The notes under the pieces are model-generated. The model was not told the origin of the DNA, searched no databases, and saw only the letters and a list, made by a program, of their open reading frames with translations. A DNA stretch of 64,000 nucleotides from Candidatus Latescibacterota bacterium (lineage in GTDB: Bacteria; Latescibacterota; UBA2968). The translations under genes and the position numbers were made by a program. Location of the stretch: positions 3,168,001-3,232,000 of the forward strand of contig OZ242195.1 of NCBI GenBank assembly GCA_965205975.1, read 5' to 3'. The first letter of the stretch is position 1, and the number at the start of each line of letters is the position of its first letter. Shown here piece after piece: positions 16,897 to 27,179 of this stretch.

Positions 16897-17911
16897 GATA
16901 GCCCCTCTCTGTAATCAGTTCGCTGGATTGCTGCAAAAGAAAAATAGGGGTGTGACCATAGAAAGTCAATAAAACCGCCAGCCCTGTCGCGAGCAAACAG
17001 GTAACAATCACAAAAACACACATACGGCGCATATCCCCGGTTTGGCCGCCCTCTGGATCATCCGCATCGCCCAACCACACATCTGTAACCCGCATTCCCC
17101 CCTGCCAAACAGGACCGACCAATCGCCTCTGCAAAGCGCCTGCAGCCGCAGCTTCGCTCCACCCGGAATTTGGCCCCGGAACAAGCGCGTGTTGCCGCCA
17201 CCCGATAAGCAGTGCCTTGCGGGCGGAACACCCGGGCATAAAAAACGCCACCAGCACCATCCCCAAATACGTCAAACGCGCCGGAATAAAATTGAGCACA
17301 TCGTCCAGCCGCGCCCCACACCAGCCAAAATAGCGATATTGCGGCGTCTTAAACCCCACCATAGAATCCATCGTACTGACCACCTTAAAAAGCACAACAC
17401 CCGGCAACCCCAGTATCGCGTACCAAAAAATGGGCGACACAAAACCATCCACAGCATTCTCGCTCAAACTCTCCATACCCGCACGTCGGCAAGCCGCAAA
17501 ATCCATCACATCGGTATCGCGTCCCACAAGCATAGACGCCGCCTCTCTCGCACGCTCCAGATCAGTAGCGCGATCAATCGCCAACCCGTGCTTGCACAAA
17601 TCTTTGAGCGCAAGCATAGAGTACAAAACAAAAACCTGGAAAATCCAACCCACCCCAGATTGGACATCATGCAACACAAAAACCAATGCACAGACAACCC
17701 CCACCCAAAACGCAGACAGCAAAAAAAACAGCAAACACCCACCTGCATAACCATCCAAACGCAAACCGCGAAGCAACCGCTCAAAAAAAGACAGCGTTGC
17801 CCCCATCAAACGAATGGGATGCAACGCATAAACCGGATCGCCAAAAAGACCATCCAAAACAACCGCACAAAGGAGCAAAACCGGATCCGGCCTAAGAATT
17901 GTTATGTCCAT
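16805..17911 (-). CDS. cbiB: Adenosylcobinamide-phosphate synthase CbiB
   Basis: GDPVYALHP, VGRDT, ESLSENAVDG, TMDSMVG, LDDVLNFIPARL, PNSGWSEA. Confidence 0.92.
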   Translation of the reverse strand: MDITILRPDPVLLLCAVVLDGLFGDPVYALHPIRLMGATLSFFERLLRGLRLDGYAGGCLLFFLLSAFWVGVVCALVFVLHDVQSGVGWIFQVFVLYSMLALKDLCKHGLAIDRATDLERAREAASMLVGRDTDVMDFAACRRAGMESLSENAVDGFVSPIFWYAILGLPGVVLFKVVSTMDSMVGFKTPQYRYFGWCGARLDDVLNFIPARLTYLGMVLVAFFMPGCSARKALLIGWRQHALVPGPNSGWSEAAAAGALQRRLVGPVWQGGMRVTDVWLGDADDPEGGQTGDMRRMCVFVIVTCLLATGLAVLLTFYGHTPIFLLQQSSELITERGYREIFDNYFGAGQSLFCRASCRCTGSGGNGE

Positions 17912-19020
17912 TTCAAATGCCATCCAAGCGCGAATGCATCGTAAACGACCTCCAAAAATGCGTTCTCATCCACACGCAACTGCTCGTAACACAACAACCA
18001 GACATCTGGTCTCGCCGCCAGCGAAGTCGCCAATATCGCTGCCTGTTGCCGCAACACCGGATCTGCCAGTTCCAGTGAAAGCGTCCCATACCGCACCCGG
18101 TCCCAAACCGCTGCAAACCCATACGCCGCCGCCGAAACGCGCGGTTCGTAAACAACAGACTTGAGATTCTTCTTCAACAACGCAAAATCACCCGCTTTTA
18201 GCCGTCTCTCCATCGCCGACAAAAAACGGTCCTCTCTAAACCCAAACCGCTGCAACGCATGAAAAACACTACGCGTATAAGACCCTTCCAAACCGTTTTG
18301 CCATCGCAGTGCCTCCAGCGTGGCCCTGCGCACAGACTTGCCGATCAACTCGCCCAATTTTGCGTGATGCCCCGCATTGGTCTTGGGCACCCGTGTCTTG
18401 TCCAAAGGCGCGGCAATACAGTACTGATCAGTACCCGTACCCGTTGCGAGATCCTGAGAATACCGACTCGAAATAGCGAGATCTCGAAGCGCGGCAGACT
18501 TCCCCTCGGTCATCGTCACCACTGCCCGCGCCATCGCCCCTGGCGTAAGCGGCCAATTGATCAACACCATCGCATTGATCGTACCCTCATAGAGATGGCG
18601 CCACCCCGCATCCTCCTCGTGCCAACTCGCCCCATCGCCCGCACACCCCGCATTGCCCTCAACACCTGCGGTAACAACCGCACACACGCGCAACTCGGCA
18701 TGCGTATCCACAACGCATGCCGCATAATTCATATTCGCAGCCGTACCCATCAGCGCAACCACGTCCGACGACAAACCACGTTCTGCACACACATGGCGAT
18801 GATACCCCACCTCGCCGAGTTGCTTAATCAACGCAAAACGCGCATCGTGCCCATTGCCCTCACAACTCTGGTGATTCACCAGATATCGGACACCCTCACA
18901 CAAACCACCGCGATATGCCGACGTACTCAGCACCTGATGCGGCACCAGCAATTCCGCGATCAAAAAACGGCCATCGCGCTTCAAATCGTAATATTCATGC
19001 CGATCGATAAACTCACCCAT
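17902..19020 (-). CDS. cbiZ: Adenosylcobinamide amidohydrolase CbiZ (long form)
   Basis: LMGTAANM, VTAGVEGN, GTIN, TEGKSAAL, ATGTGTD. Confidence 0.88.
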   Translation of the reverse strand: MGEFIDRHEYYDLKRDGRFLIAELLVPHQVLSTSAYRGGLCEGVRYLVNHQSCEGNGHDARFALIKQLGEVGYHRHVCAERGLSSDVVALMGTAANMNYAACVVDTHAELRVCAVVTAGVEGNAGCAGDGASWHEEDAGWRHLYEGTINAMVLINWPLTPGAMARAVVTMTEGKSAALRDLAISSRYSQDLATGTGTDQYCIAAPLDKTRVPKTNAGHHAKLGELIGKSVRRATLEALRWQNGLEGSYTRSVFHALQRFGFREDRFLSAMERRLKAGDFALLKKNLKSVVYEPRVSAAAYGFAAVWDRVRYGTLSLELADPVLRQQAAILATSLAARPDVWLLCYEQLRVDENAFLEVVYDAFALGWHLKWT

Positions 19021-19021
19021 C

Positions 19022-19582
19022 TCAAAAATCAATCCCGGGTTGCGCAACAATACCCTGATCACTAAACGGATGCTTAATCTCCCGCATCTCGGTCACCATA
19101 TCGGCAAAATCAACCAGCTCATCGGGCGCATCCCGCCCCGTAATAATCACATGCAACATCTCGGGCTTGTGCTCCCGCAGCCAATCCACCACCTCTGTTG
19201 CATCCAACCATCCAAAAGCCATCAAATACGTAAACTCGTCCAGAATAAACAGATCGTAATTCCCGCTAACAATCCGCTCCTGCGCCACTTCCCAACCGCG
19301 CAATGCCCGAGCCTGTGTCTCATCGATATCCTTACTCGTCCACGTCCACCCATCACCCGTACCAATCCAATCAATCTCCATGCGCCTGGCCGCGCGAATC
19401 TCGCCAAAATTGGCATTCTCGTGCTTCAAAAACTGAATTACGCCCACGTGCATCTTGCGCCCCCATGCGCGGGTCATCACCCCCAGCGCCGCAGTGGTCT
19501 TGCCCTTGCCATCTCCGGTATTGACCATCACCAGACCCTTTTTCACATGCCGCTTGCGCTCTGTCTCTTTTTTGGCACTCAT
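19022..19582 (-). CDS. cobO: Cob(I)yrinic acid a,c-diamide adenosyltransferase
   Basis: [37 protein letters not shown]. Confidence 0.95.
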   Translation of the reverse strand: MSAKKETERKRHVKKGLVMVNTGDGKGKTTAALGVMTRAWGRKMHVGVIQFLKHENANFGEIRAARRMEIDWIGTGDGWTWTSKDIDETQARALRGWEVAQERIVSGNYDLFILDEFTYLMAFGWLDATEVVDWLREHKPEMLHVIITGRDAPDELVDFADMVTEMREIKHPFSDQGIVAQPGIDF

Positions 19583-19601
19583 AAAAACCTCTCTTTTGGA
19601 T

Positions 19602-19638
19602 CGCGGATTACGCGGATGAACGGATGAACGCGGATGAA
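19602..19638. repeat. Decamer repeat (CGCGGATGAA family)
   Basis: cgcggatta cgcggatgaa cggatgaa cgcggatgaa. Confidence 0.6.
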
Positions 19639-19644
19639 GGCTTT

Positions 19645-20877
19645 TTATTCACCTTCAAATTCCGAAACAAAAATCAGAAAATCGAGAAAATCGACCGAAC
19701 CATTGCCATTCAAATCGAACATGGCATCACTCGCTGATTTCCCAAACGCGGAAGCAAAAGCCAAAAAATCGCTAAAATCAACCACACAATCGCCATTAAA
19801 ATCAGCCACACTGCCCACAAATGCAATACTCACGGGCAACAGCCCTGTACTGATCGGACCGGCCACAAGCTCATCCGTCTTCACATCATAAACCCTCACG
19901 CCAACGGCTGCCGGATCCACAAAACTCCCTTGATCCAAAACGTACAACCGTCCCCCAAATATCCCCAGACTCGGAACAAAACCCCCGGTCAAACCATCCA
20001 GAGGTGACGACACAGACTGCATCGCCAAATCAAATCGTTTGACCGCATTGACAAAACTCGCATTCAGAACAACGACATACCCTTCACCATCCGAAACCAT
20101 CGCCAGAGAACTCAGATTACCACCAAAAGTCCCCTCGCCAATAACAACGCCTTCGCTCCTCAAATTTGCCAGATCAATCACCTCAATCCCGCCATCCGTC
20201 AAATCATCAAATGTATTGACCGCGCTCAAAAACCACTTATTTCCTCGCTGCATAGCGCCCGCGGGATTCTTACCCGCCATCACAATCCCCTGCACACCCG
20301 CTGTATTTGCATCCACATCCACCACCTGATCCGTCATCACATCGACAACCGCAATCACCGAAACATCCGTCGGCACCCACCCATTATCTCGATCCAGCCG
20401 CTGACACGCCGCAAACAAATAATTGCCGTACAACGCGAACTGAGATACTTCGGGCAAACCATCTGCATCCGCAAAACCCGATAAATCCACCGCACCCAAT
20501 GAATCGCCCGTAACGGGATTTACAATCAGCAAATGCGTGCGCTCATACCGCGAAATATACGCTTTCTCCTCGCTGACAAAAGCCATATCGTGCGGATTTG
20601 AACCATTGCCCGTCGAATACTGCGTCAATGGCGTCTTCAGATCACTGCGATTCAAAACAATCACATTATCCTGTCCCAGCCGATTGATAATATACACCTT
20701 ATCCCGATACGTCCTCACCGTCGCATCCGAGTGAATAGTCAAATGATCATTTGTTGCCGTATTTGTACTCAGATCCAGACTCGAAAAACTGCCACTGCTA
20801 TAATCCGTCGTCGTAATAACTGCTTGATTTGCCAGCGCATCTGTTGCAAAAAACAGAACAACTAAAAACCACCTCAT
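19645..20877 (-). CDS. Secreted beta-propeller-like protein (BtuG/YncE-like) with C-terminal EF-hand/dockerin-like repeat
   Basis: Signal peptide, [31 protein letters not shown] and [13 protein letters not shown]; adjacent to B12-regulated receptor. Confidence 0.7.
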   Translation of the reverse strand: MRWFLVVLFFATDALANQAVITTTDYSSGSFSSLDLSTNTATNDHLTIHSDATVRTYRDKVYIINRLGQDNVIVLNRSDLKTPLTQYSTGNGSNPHDMAFVSEEKAYISRYERTHLLIVNPVTGDSLGAVDLSGFADADGLPEVSQFALYGNYLFAACQRLDRDNGWVPTDVSVIAVVDVMTDQVVDVDANTAGVQGIVMAGKNPAGAMQRGNKWFLSAVNTFDDLTDGGIEVIDLANLRSEGVVIGEGTFGGNLSSLAMVSDGEGYVVVLNASFVNAVKRFDLAMQSVSSPLDGLTGGFVPSLGIFGGRLYVLDQGSFVDPAAVGVRVYDVKTDELVAGPISTGLLPVSIAFVGSVADFNGDCVVDFSDFLAFASAFGKSASDAMFDLNGNGSVDFLDFLIFVSEFEGE

Positions 20878-20913
20878 TACATCCTCCTGTAATAAAAAGA
20901 ACCTTTCATCCAC

Positions 20914-23109
20914 CTAATCTGCATTCACACTCACAAAAAACGCACGCCCTGGCAGCGGATAACCCCAGGTATCGGCTATTTGTGCCCCCGTTAAATTTTT
21001 AACCTCCAATCCAATGTGAAATCGCAGCCCCGTATCCACTTTCACACCCGCATTGTGAACATGCCGCGATAATAGCGGGCGTCGATTCGCCTGATCGAGA
21101 AAATTGCCATCTTCAAATGCATAATCGTAAAACGCAGTACAGCGTCCCAGACGCATTGTCGCGCGAACAAACAGCGCGTGTGGCGGGCGATTGGGCAAAA
21201 TATTGCCAGCCAAATGGGGAATATTGGATTTATCGGTAGCTTTCTGATACGTGTAATTACCCGACAAATCGCCCCGAGAACCAAAGCGTCTCTGCGCGGT
21301 CAATTCAAACCCATACACACGCGCTTTGCCAATATTCACCGGACGCGACGTAGCCTGTGACGTATGCACAAATTGAATCAAATCCTCATAGCGATGGTCA
21401 AAAAACGCGCCCTCCAAAGTGGTCATCCCATCTGCATAACGCAAACCCGCATCCCACGTAAGCCCATACTCCGGTCGGAGATTGACATTGCCGACCACAC
21501 CGCCGCGATCCCCAAAAAGCTCGTAAAAAGAAGGCACTCGAAATATTCGCCCCGCATTGGCCTTAAACATCAGATGAGATGCCAGATCCAACCGCACCCC
21601 CGAACGCAAACTGGTCAGATCGCGCGTATTGGCCGAATCGGGCGCGAGCGGCGAAAAATTAAAAGGATTGGCACCCGTAAACGAACTGTATATCCGCCGC
21701 TGCTCCGCGCCAAAAGACCAGATCCCAATCTCGCCCGGCAGCGAAATATCGAGACCCGTGCGCGCGACAAAAACCCACCGCTGACTATCGAACAAATTGG
21801 AAATAGACCGAAGACGCGCCGTCGGCAAATAAGTCTCCCGGTGCAACCCAATCGCAGCCGCAATATCACAGCGCGAAAACAAAACCGTTTGCAAACGCCC
21901 CTGCCATCCATAAGTGCGCGTACGATAATCGTTATCCTGGCGACCAATCCCAACTTCGCCATCCAGATCGCGGAACCCCTCTTTGACATGCGTGACATAA
22001 AGCGATTGTCGCATATTCACGCCCCGCAACAGAACGCGATCTTCATAAGCGACTTCCGTCATCGTTTGGAAAGCATCCAGATGTGCATTCTGCGACTGAT
22101 TATTGCTAATACCGGGCATACCCTGATATTTCCAGTACGCGGACTCGTGGATGGATAAAATTCTATCCTCCCCAAAATCGCGACGCCATTTGCCCAACAG
22201 ATTGAAAGACCGGTGATCGTTATTCTGACGCCTGCTCCAAACATCGTCATCGGCATTGTATTCCGTGCCATTATCATCGAGAAAACCAAAATCGTTATCG
22301 CTATGTGCATAATCAGCCACCACGAGAAACTCCGACTGACCAAACCCGCCCGCGAACACGCCACTCAACAACCGCGTATCAAAAGCACCCCACGACCCGC
22401 GAATCCCGTGAAACCATCGCCTCTGCATCCGCCGCGTCCGCACATGCACCGTGCCCCCCAGACCATTGCCGCCAGCACCTGCACCGCGATACACCTCAAT
22501 CTGCCCGACATGAGCCAAAGGCAAATTGCTGAGATCTACCCCCCCGCCAAAAGCTGTATTGAGCAAAATGCCATCGAGATAGACCTCAACCTGATCGGCT
22601 GATGAACCCCGCAACGAAAGCGTGCTAAAAGTACCCAATCCACCCAAGCGTTTGACATGCACACCCGTAGCTTCGGCCAACACATCGGGCAAAGACGTCT
22701 CCCGACCCTCAAAACTCTCGCGCGTAATAACCGTCGCATACGCCGGATTCCTGTGAATATCACTGGCCCCGATCGGATCGGCAATCACCGAAAACTCATC
22801 GAGCGGAAGCGTCCTATGAGACAGCGCAATAAACACCTCCGTCGTCTCCACCACGCGAACCGTGCGTCGCCCTACCTCATAAGCCACATGTGTCATGACG
22901 ACCGTATAAGAACCGGGCATCAGATCGGCAAAAGCAAAGTGCCCATCCCCATCCGTCTGCGTCACAAAATCCGTATTGAGAATACTAACACGCACACTTG
23001 CGATGGGCATTCGGCTCTCCACATCAATAACGCGACCCGTAATCTCCGCGCCCCAAAGCGGCGCATTCGCGCAGAAAATCAAAAAAACTAAAAAACGCAT
23101 CGTTTTCAT
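20914..23109 (-). CDS. btuB: TonB-dependent receptor, probable cobalamin receptor
   Basis: LSLRGSSADQVEVYLDG, IEVYRG, FRVPSFYELF, GYPLPGR; downstream of cobalamin riboswitch. Confidence 0.8.
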   Translation of the reverse strand: MKTMRFLVFLIFCANAPLWGAEITGRVIDVESRMPIASVRVSILNTDFVTQTDGDGHFAFADLMPGSYTVVMTHVAYEVGRRTVRVVETTEVFIALSHRTLPLDEFSVIADPIGASDIHRNPAYATVITRESFEGRETSLPDVLAEATGVHVKRLGGLGTFSTLSLRGSSADQVEVYLDGILLNTAFGGGVDLSNLPLAHVGQIEVYRGAGAGGNGLGGTVHVRTRRMQRRWFHGIRGSWGAFDTRLLSGVFAGGFGQSEFLVVADYAHSDNDFGFLDDNGTEYNADDDVWSRRQNNDHRSFNLLGKWRRDFGEDRILSIHESAYWKYQGMPGISNNQSQNAHLDAFQTMTEVAYEDRVLLRGVNMRQSLYVTHVKEGFRDLDGEVGIGRQDNDYRTRTYGWQGRLQTVLFSRCDIAAAIGLHRETYLPTARLRSISNLFDSQRWVFVARTGLDISLPGEIGIWSFGAEQRRIYSSFTGANPFNFSPLAPDSANTRDLTSLRSGVRLDLASHLMFKANAGRIFRVPSFYELFGDRGGVVGNVNLRPEYGLTWDAGLRYADGMTTLEGAFFDHRYEDLIQFVHTSQATSRPVNIGKARVYGFELTAQRRFGSRGDLSGNYTYQKATDKSNIPHLAGNILPNRPPHALFVRATMRLGRCTAFYDYAFEDGNFLDQANRRPLLSRHVHNAGVKVDTGLRFHIGLEVKNLTGAQIADTWGYPLPGRAFFVSVNAD

Positions 23110-23112
23110 AAG

Positions 23113-24222
23113 CTATGGATCCAGCTTTCGATAGTACTTGAGTTGATGATCTGGCAACAAGTGAGGATGTAAAATTTTAATAATATCCGCCAACACAACA
23201 TCCGGCTCAATCAGCCCTGTCTCCCAATAATCATTGCCCCCATGTGCATTCAGACGCGCATTGGCATTGAAAACATTCCCGTTCTCGAACGCCGTGAATT
23301 TTTTGTACCGCTCGTCCTCGGCGACAACATCGCCCCGAGAGTACCACTCATTTCTCATCGTAATCCAGCAATTCGCATCGTGTGCCTTTTCGTAAACCGT
23401 TTCAAAATCGAGCGCCAAACCCTGTTGTGAATCATCATCTCCCCACAGATAATTTGCCCCCGCGTCCCTCAGCAACTGCGCGGCATAAGTCTTGCCCCCC
23501 GACATAAACCAGGTCCCCCGCCAGAGAGACCCTACAAAAACAGCGGGACGCTTATCCACCGGCAAACTCTGCGTCAGTGCTCTATGCACCTCATACCTCA
23601 CAACAATGCTATCAAATTGAGCCGATGCCTGTTCTTCTTTATGAAAAAAAGCACCCACAAATTTGATCCACTCCACGCGCCCCAGCAAAGAGGGTTCTGC
23701 ATAAGCAGCATTCACCACAACAGGTACACCCGCTTCTTGAAGCGCGAGAAGGGAATTATCTTGCGCTTGCGAATCTGTCATAACGAGATCGGGTTGGAGC
23801 ACCAGAACTTTTTCCAAATCAATAGACCTATCTCTTCCAACCTCGACCAGCTCACCCGCTGCAAAGCGCCGGTTGACAGCTTCTGAACTGACGTATTTGA
23901 TATTATCAATTCCAACCAGACTATGCACCTCACCGAGCTTTTCGAGATGCGGCAAATGCGTCGTGGATGTCGCAATCACAGTTCGCACGGGAATTTCTAT
24001 TCTCGGAACGCCTTCATAGCCATCGGGCGACTCGTGCCCGCGCTGCACCAGGACATACTGAACCTTTTCCCGCTCTCCACCCCCGGGCGCGAGCACTGTT
24101 ACAACCCTGTAATCATCGAAATAATCAACGCGAAAACCCTGCGCATATTGCAGAGACAATTGCGCCTGAGCAGGTATAGCCCAAACCCCGATACAACATA
24201 TCATCCATATTTTCAGATTCAC
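23113..24222 (-). CDS. Periplasmic binding protein, BtuF/FecB family
   Basis: LQYAQGF, EPSLLGRVEWIKF, DYWETGLIEPDVVLADII; GTG start after GAGG. Confidence 0.88.
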   Translation of the reverse strand: MNLKIWMICCIGVWAIPAQAQLSLQYAQGFRVDYFDDYRVVTVLAPGGGEREKVQYVLVQRGHESPDGYEGVPRIEIPVRTVIATSTTHLPHLEKLGEVHSLVGIDNIKYVSSEAVNRRFAAGELVEVGRDRSIDLEKVLVLQPDLVMTDSQAQDNSLLALQEAGVPVVVNAAYAEPSLLGRVEWIKFVGAFFHKEEQASAQFDSIVVRYEVHRALTQSLPVDKRPAVFVGSLWRGTWFMSGGKTYAAQLLRDAGANYLWGDDDSQQGLALDFETVYEKAHDANCWITMRNEWYSRGDVVAEDERYKKFTAFENGNVFNANARLNAHGGNDYWETGLIEPDVVLADIIKILHPHLLPDHQLKYYRKLDP

Positions 24223-24235
24223 ACACACCTCGCAC

Positions 24236-24270
24236 AAAAAAATCCCCGATTTCCTTGTAGAAATCAGGGA
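24236..24270 (-). terminator. Riboswitch-controlled intrinsic terminator
   Basis: TCCCTGATTTC-TACAAG-GAAATCGGGGA then T7; alternative pairing partner at 24331-24344. Confidence 0.75.
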
Positions 24271-24356
24271 CATAGCTAAACGCGACAAAACCATATACAA
24301 AGCGCACGCATTATCTCACCTTTTTCCCAATCCACGAGGAAATCAATAAGGTCTTA

Positions 24357-24503
24357 GATTCAGGCAGGTCTTCTGGCTTCTGGGTCTCGTGCTTCTCGCG
24401 CCTTCCCGGTTTTTACCAGTGACGTAATGTGAGAAACATCCCCAGTTACAGCGGCGGGACCGCAACGGAATTTCACCGTTTTCCCTATACTGCAACCTGA
24501 ATT
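24357..24503 (-). ncRNA. Cobalamin riboswitch
   Basis: AGGGAA.ACGGTGAAATTCCGT, GCGGTCCCGCCGCTGTAA, CACTGG...CCGGGAAGG, B12 box AGCCAGAAGACCTGCC, P1 ATTCAGG/CCTGAAT. Confidence 0.95.
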
Positions 24504-24527
24504 CGAGAGTACAAATTTAATTTTTTA

Positions 24528-24770
24528 CTATAATACAACTTCCTCCACTGAAAGACCGCGATCTTTGAGATACGGTAAAAGACCTTTTTTATTCACCGTT
24601 CGCAGTGCGCGGGCAGAAAGTTTAATACGCACAAAGCGACCCAGTTCGGGAACGTAAATGCGCTTGCTCTTCAAATTGGGTTTCTGCACCCGCTTGACTC
24701 TTCGTTTGGAGTGGGACACATGATTGCCACTCAGCGGTCCCCTACCCGTAATACTACAACGTCTGGCCAT
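24528..24770 (-). CDS. rpmB: 50S ribosomal protein L28 (no zinc ribbon)
   Basis: MARRCSITG...GNHVSHS...KPNL; single Cys. Confidence 0.95.
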   Translation of the reverse strand: MARRCSITGRGPLSGNHVSHSKRRVKRVQKPNLKSKRIYVPELGRFVRIKLSARALRTVNKKGLLPYLKDRGLSVEEVVL

Positions 24771-24794
24771 GGGAAAATCCTCTTATATTTTTCG

Positions 24795-24959
24795 CTATCT
24801 ATCTTCCCGATAAAGCACATGCTTCCGCAGTATGGGATCGAACTTCTTCAATTCCAGACGATCGGGATGATTCTGTCGATTTTTTTCAGTATGATAATGG
24901 TGCGAACTCTCTGTACTTTTCATTTTAATGAGTACGCGGCTGCCCTGTCGCTTAGCCAT
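24795..24959 (-). CDS. rpmG: 50S ribosomal protein L33 (Cys-free); not in ORF track
   Basis: Manual translation [62 protein letters not shown]. Confidence 0.95.
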   Translation of the reverse strand: MAKRQGSRVLIKMKSTESSHHYHTEKNRQNHPDRLELKKFDPILRKHVLYREDR

Positions 24960-25027
24960 ATCTACCTCCAGTATCTTTATTCGTTAAACCGCCAACACGC
25001 GGCGGGGCAAGAAATTGGAATATACAG

Positions 25028-25043
25028 TGTTACCACTATAACA
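25028..25043. promoter_or_regulatory. Zur-box-like dyad upstream of rpmG
   Basis: TGTTACC-AC-TATAACA resembles TGTTATAnTATAACA with one extra spacer base. Confidence 0.45.
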
Positions 25044-25153
25044 TCAAGGAATTTGTATTATTTTTAGTCACAGTCAAAATCCAGTTGGCAAAAACAGATC
25101 CTATTCGCTATCATACAGTTTGCGTTTCCAAACACTTAATATAGGAGAGAACA

Positions 25154-25504
25154 ATGGCCGAAGAAACGATCTTTAGCAAAATTATTCGACGCGAAATCAA
25201 CGCAGACATCGTCTATCAAGACGACCTGGTAACCGCATTTCGAGACATCAATCCCCAGGCACCCACCCACGTATTAATTGTTCCGAATAAATTGATCCCA
25301 ACAATCAATGACGTAACAAAAGAAGACGAACCCGCACTCGGGCGCATGATAACTGTAGCGGCAAAAATCGCAGCAGATGAGAGCATCTCAGAAGACGGGT
25401 ATCGCCTCATTATCAACTGCAATCGCGACGGAGGCCAGGAAGTGTATCACATCCACATGCATCTGCTCGGCGGACGACCTCTGGGCAGGATGTTGGCGAG
25501 GTAA
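25154..25504 (+). CDS. hinT: HIT-family purine nucleoside phosphoramidase
   Basis: [29 protein letters not shown]. Confidence 0.92.
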   Translation: MAEETIFSKIIRREINADIVYQDDLVTAFRDINPQAPTHVLIVPNKLIPTINDVTKEDEPALGRMITVAAKIAADESISEDGYRLIINCNRDGGQEVYHIHMHLLGGRPLGRMLAR

Positions 25505-25508
25505 AAAA

Positions 25509-25784
25509 TCATTGATCAGAAGGCGGAGGAACCGGATCGTACCCACCTTTGGCAAACGGACGACAGCGCAAAATACGTCGTATCGCAAGAGAAAGAGCAT
25601 ACGGGAAGGGATGCTGGCGAAAAGCCTCAAGGGCATAATGCGAACATGTGGGTTGATATCGGCATGGACTGGGCGCAATAGCAAAAAAGCGCATCAGAGG
25701 CGACAGCACGTATTGATAGCCCTTGATAAGCACACACGCGGTGGTGGAAAACACTCTATCGACAATTTTTATAGGATTGACCAT
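25509..25784 (-). CDS. yidD: Membrane protein insertion efficiency factor YidD
   Basis: [34 protein letters not shown]. Confidence 0.92.
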   Translation of the reverse strand: MVNPIKIVDRVFSTTACVLIKGYQYVLSPLMRFFAIAPSPCRYQPTCSHYALEAFRQHPFPYALSLAIRRILRCRPFAKGGYDPVPPPSDQ

Positions 25785-25836
25785 TTTGCATTTTGAGGTA
25801 TATTAGGCGGAACTTTTTCATACGACGGAGAACAGA

Positions 25837-26682
25837 ATGGAACTACCCGACATACAGAACTCACCTGACAAACGCGGCATTGAAATCGACCAGGTCGGTG
25901 TATCCAATGTGCGCTATCCCCTGACCTTGCCGCTGCGCGATAATGGCGAATTTCACACAGTGGCCAATCTATCCATGACCGTGAGCTTACCCCACCATCA
26001 AAAGGGAACCCACATGTCGCGGTTTATGATTGCACTGAATGAACAACACAAACACTTTACACCTGACAGCGTACACATAGTACTCGAAGAAATGCTCGAA
26101 TTATTGGAAGCCGAAGAAGCGTTTCTCAGTATGGCATTTCCCATTTTTTTAACCCGCAAAGCACCTATCACGGGCATTGAAGGCATGCTGGACTACAACT
26201 GTGAATTTAAGGCAATGTTGACAAATGAAGGCCTGCAAGACAAGCTAATCGGCGTGCGTGCCAACGTGGCAAGCCTCTGCCCCTGCAGCAAAGAAATCAG
26301 CGACTACGGCGCGCACAATCAACGTTCCGAAATCACAATGGACGTGCGGCCTTATGAGGATGAATTTATCTGGTTTGAAGATTTGATCGACATTGGCGAA
26401 TACCATGCGTCGTGTCAACTCTATCCCATTTTGAAACGAACAGATGAAAAATACGTAACCGAGCGCGCATATAACAACCCCAAATTTGTCGAAGACATCG
26501 TGCGCGATGTGGCGACAGATTTGCTATCCATGATGGACGAAGAGCGCATCGCGTGGTTTTACGTATCGAGCAACAACTACGAAAGCATCCACAACCACGA
26601 TGCTTATGCCAAAATTGAGCGCGGCGTACGCGGTCCGTTATTGACGCACCGCAAAGAAGCGGAAAACGCGTTGATGGTCTAA
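25837..26682 (+). CDS. folE2: GTP cyclohydrolase IB
   Basis: LPDIQ, KGTHMSRF, SLCPCSK, GAHNQRS, NPKFVED, ESIHNHDAYA. Confidence 0.95.
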   Translation: MELPDIQNSPDKRGIEIDQVGVSNVRYPLTLPLRDNGEFHTVANLSMTVSLPHHQKGTHMSRFMIALNEQHKHFTPDSVHIVLEEMLELLEAEEAFLSMAFPIFLTRKAPITGIEGMLDYNCEFKAMLTNEGLQDKLIGVRANVASLCPCSKEISDYGAHNQRSEITMDVRPYEDEFIWFEDLIDIGEYHASCQLYPILKRTDEKYVTERAYNNPKFVEDIVRDVATDLLSMMDEERIAWFYVSSNNYESIHNHDAYAKIERGVRGPLLTHRKEAENALMV

Positions 26683-26698
26683 CAACATAAATTTTCTC

Positions 26699-26738
26699 AA
26701 AAAAAAGGGCCTATGAGGAAGACTCACAGGCCCTTTTT
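26699..26738. terminator. Bidirectional terminator between convergent folE2 and sufE
   Basis: AAAAAGGGCCT...AGGCCCTTTTT. Confidence 0.8.
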
Positions 26739-26751
26739 ATTATTCATCACC

Positions 26752-27171
26752 CTATGCCGCTGTGGCAAGCGCGAGTTCGTGAATGCGCTTGACCATAGAG
26801 GCAAAGCCATTGGCGCGATTGATACTGAGGTGTTTGGCGAGATCGAGCTTTTGAAAAATGCTGCGAATATCAGCCGTGAGAATTTCCCGCGCGGTCTTGC
26901 CCGAATACAGCGACAACAAAATAGCGACCAGCCCCTTGACAATCTGCGCATCGCTATCTGCGCGAAATTCGATCACAGGGGGATCGCCATCTCGAACATC
27001 GGTCACGAGCCAAACCTGGCTCACACATCCCCGCACGAGATTGGTATCAATTTTGTATTCCTCATCAAAAGGCGGCAACTTGCGACCGAGTTCAATAATA
27101 TACCGGTAGCGATCTTCCCAATCTGTGAGAACATCAAAATTTTGCATAATGCGATCAATCGTAATATCCAT
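26752..27171 (-). CDS. sufE: SufE-family Fe-S sulfur acceptor
   Basis: WEDRYRYIIELGRKLP, VRGCVSQVW, DSDAQIVKGL. Confidence 0.92.
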   Translation of the reverse strand: MDITIDRIMQNFDVLTDWEDRYRYIIELGRKLPPFDEEYKIDTNLVRGCVSQVWLVTDVRDGDPPVIEFRADSDAQIVKGLVAILLSLYSGKTAREILTADIRSIFQKLDLAKHLSINRANGFASMVKRIHELALATAA

Positions 27172-27179
27172 AAAACCTC

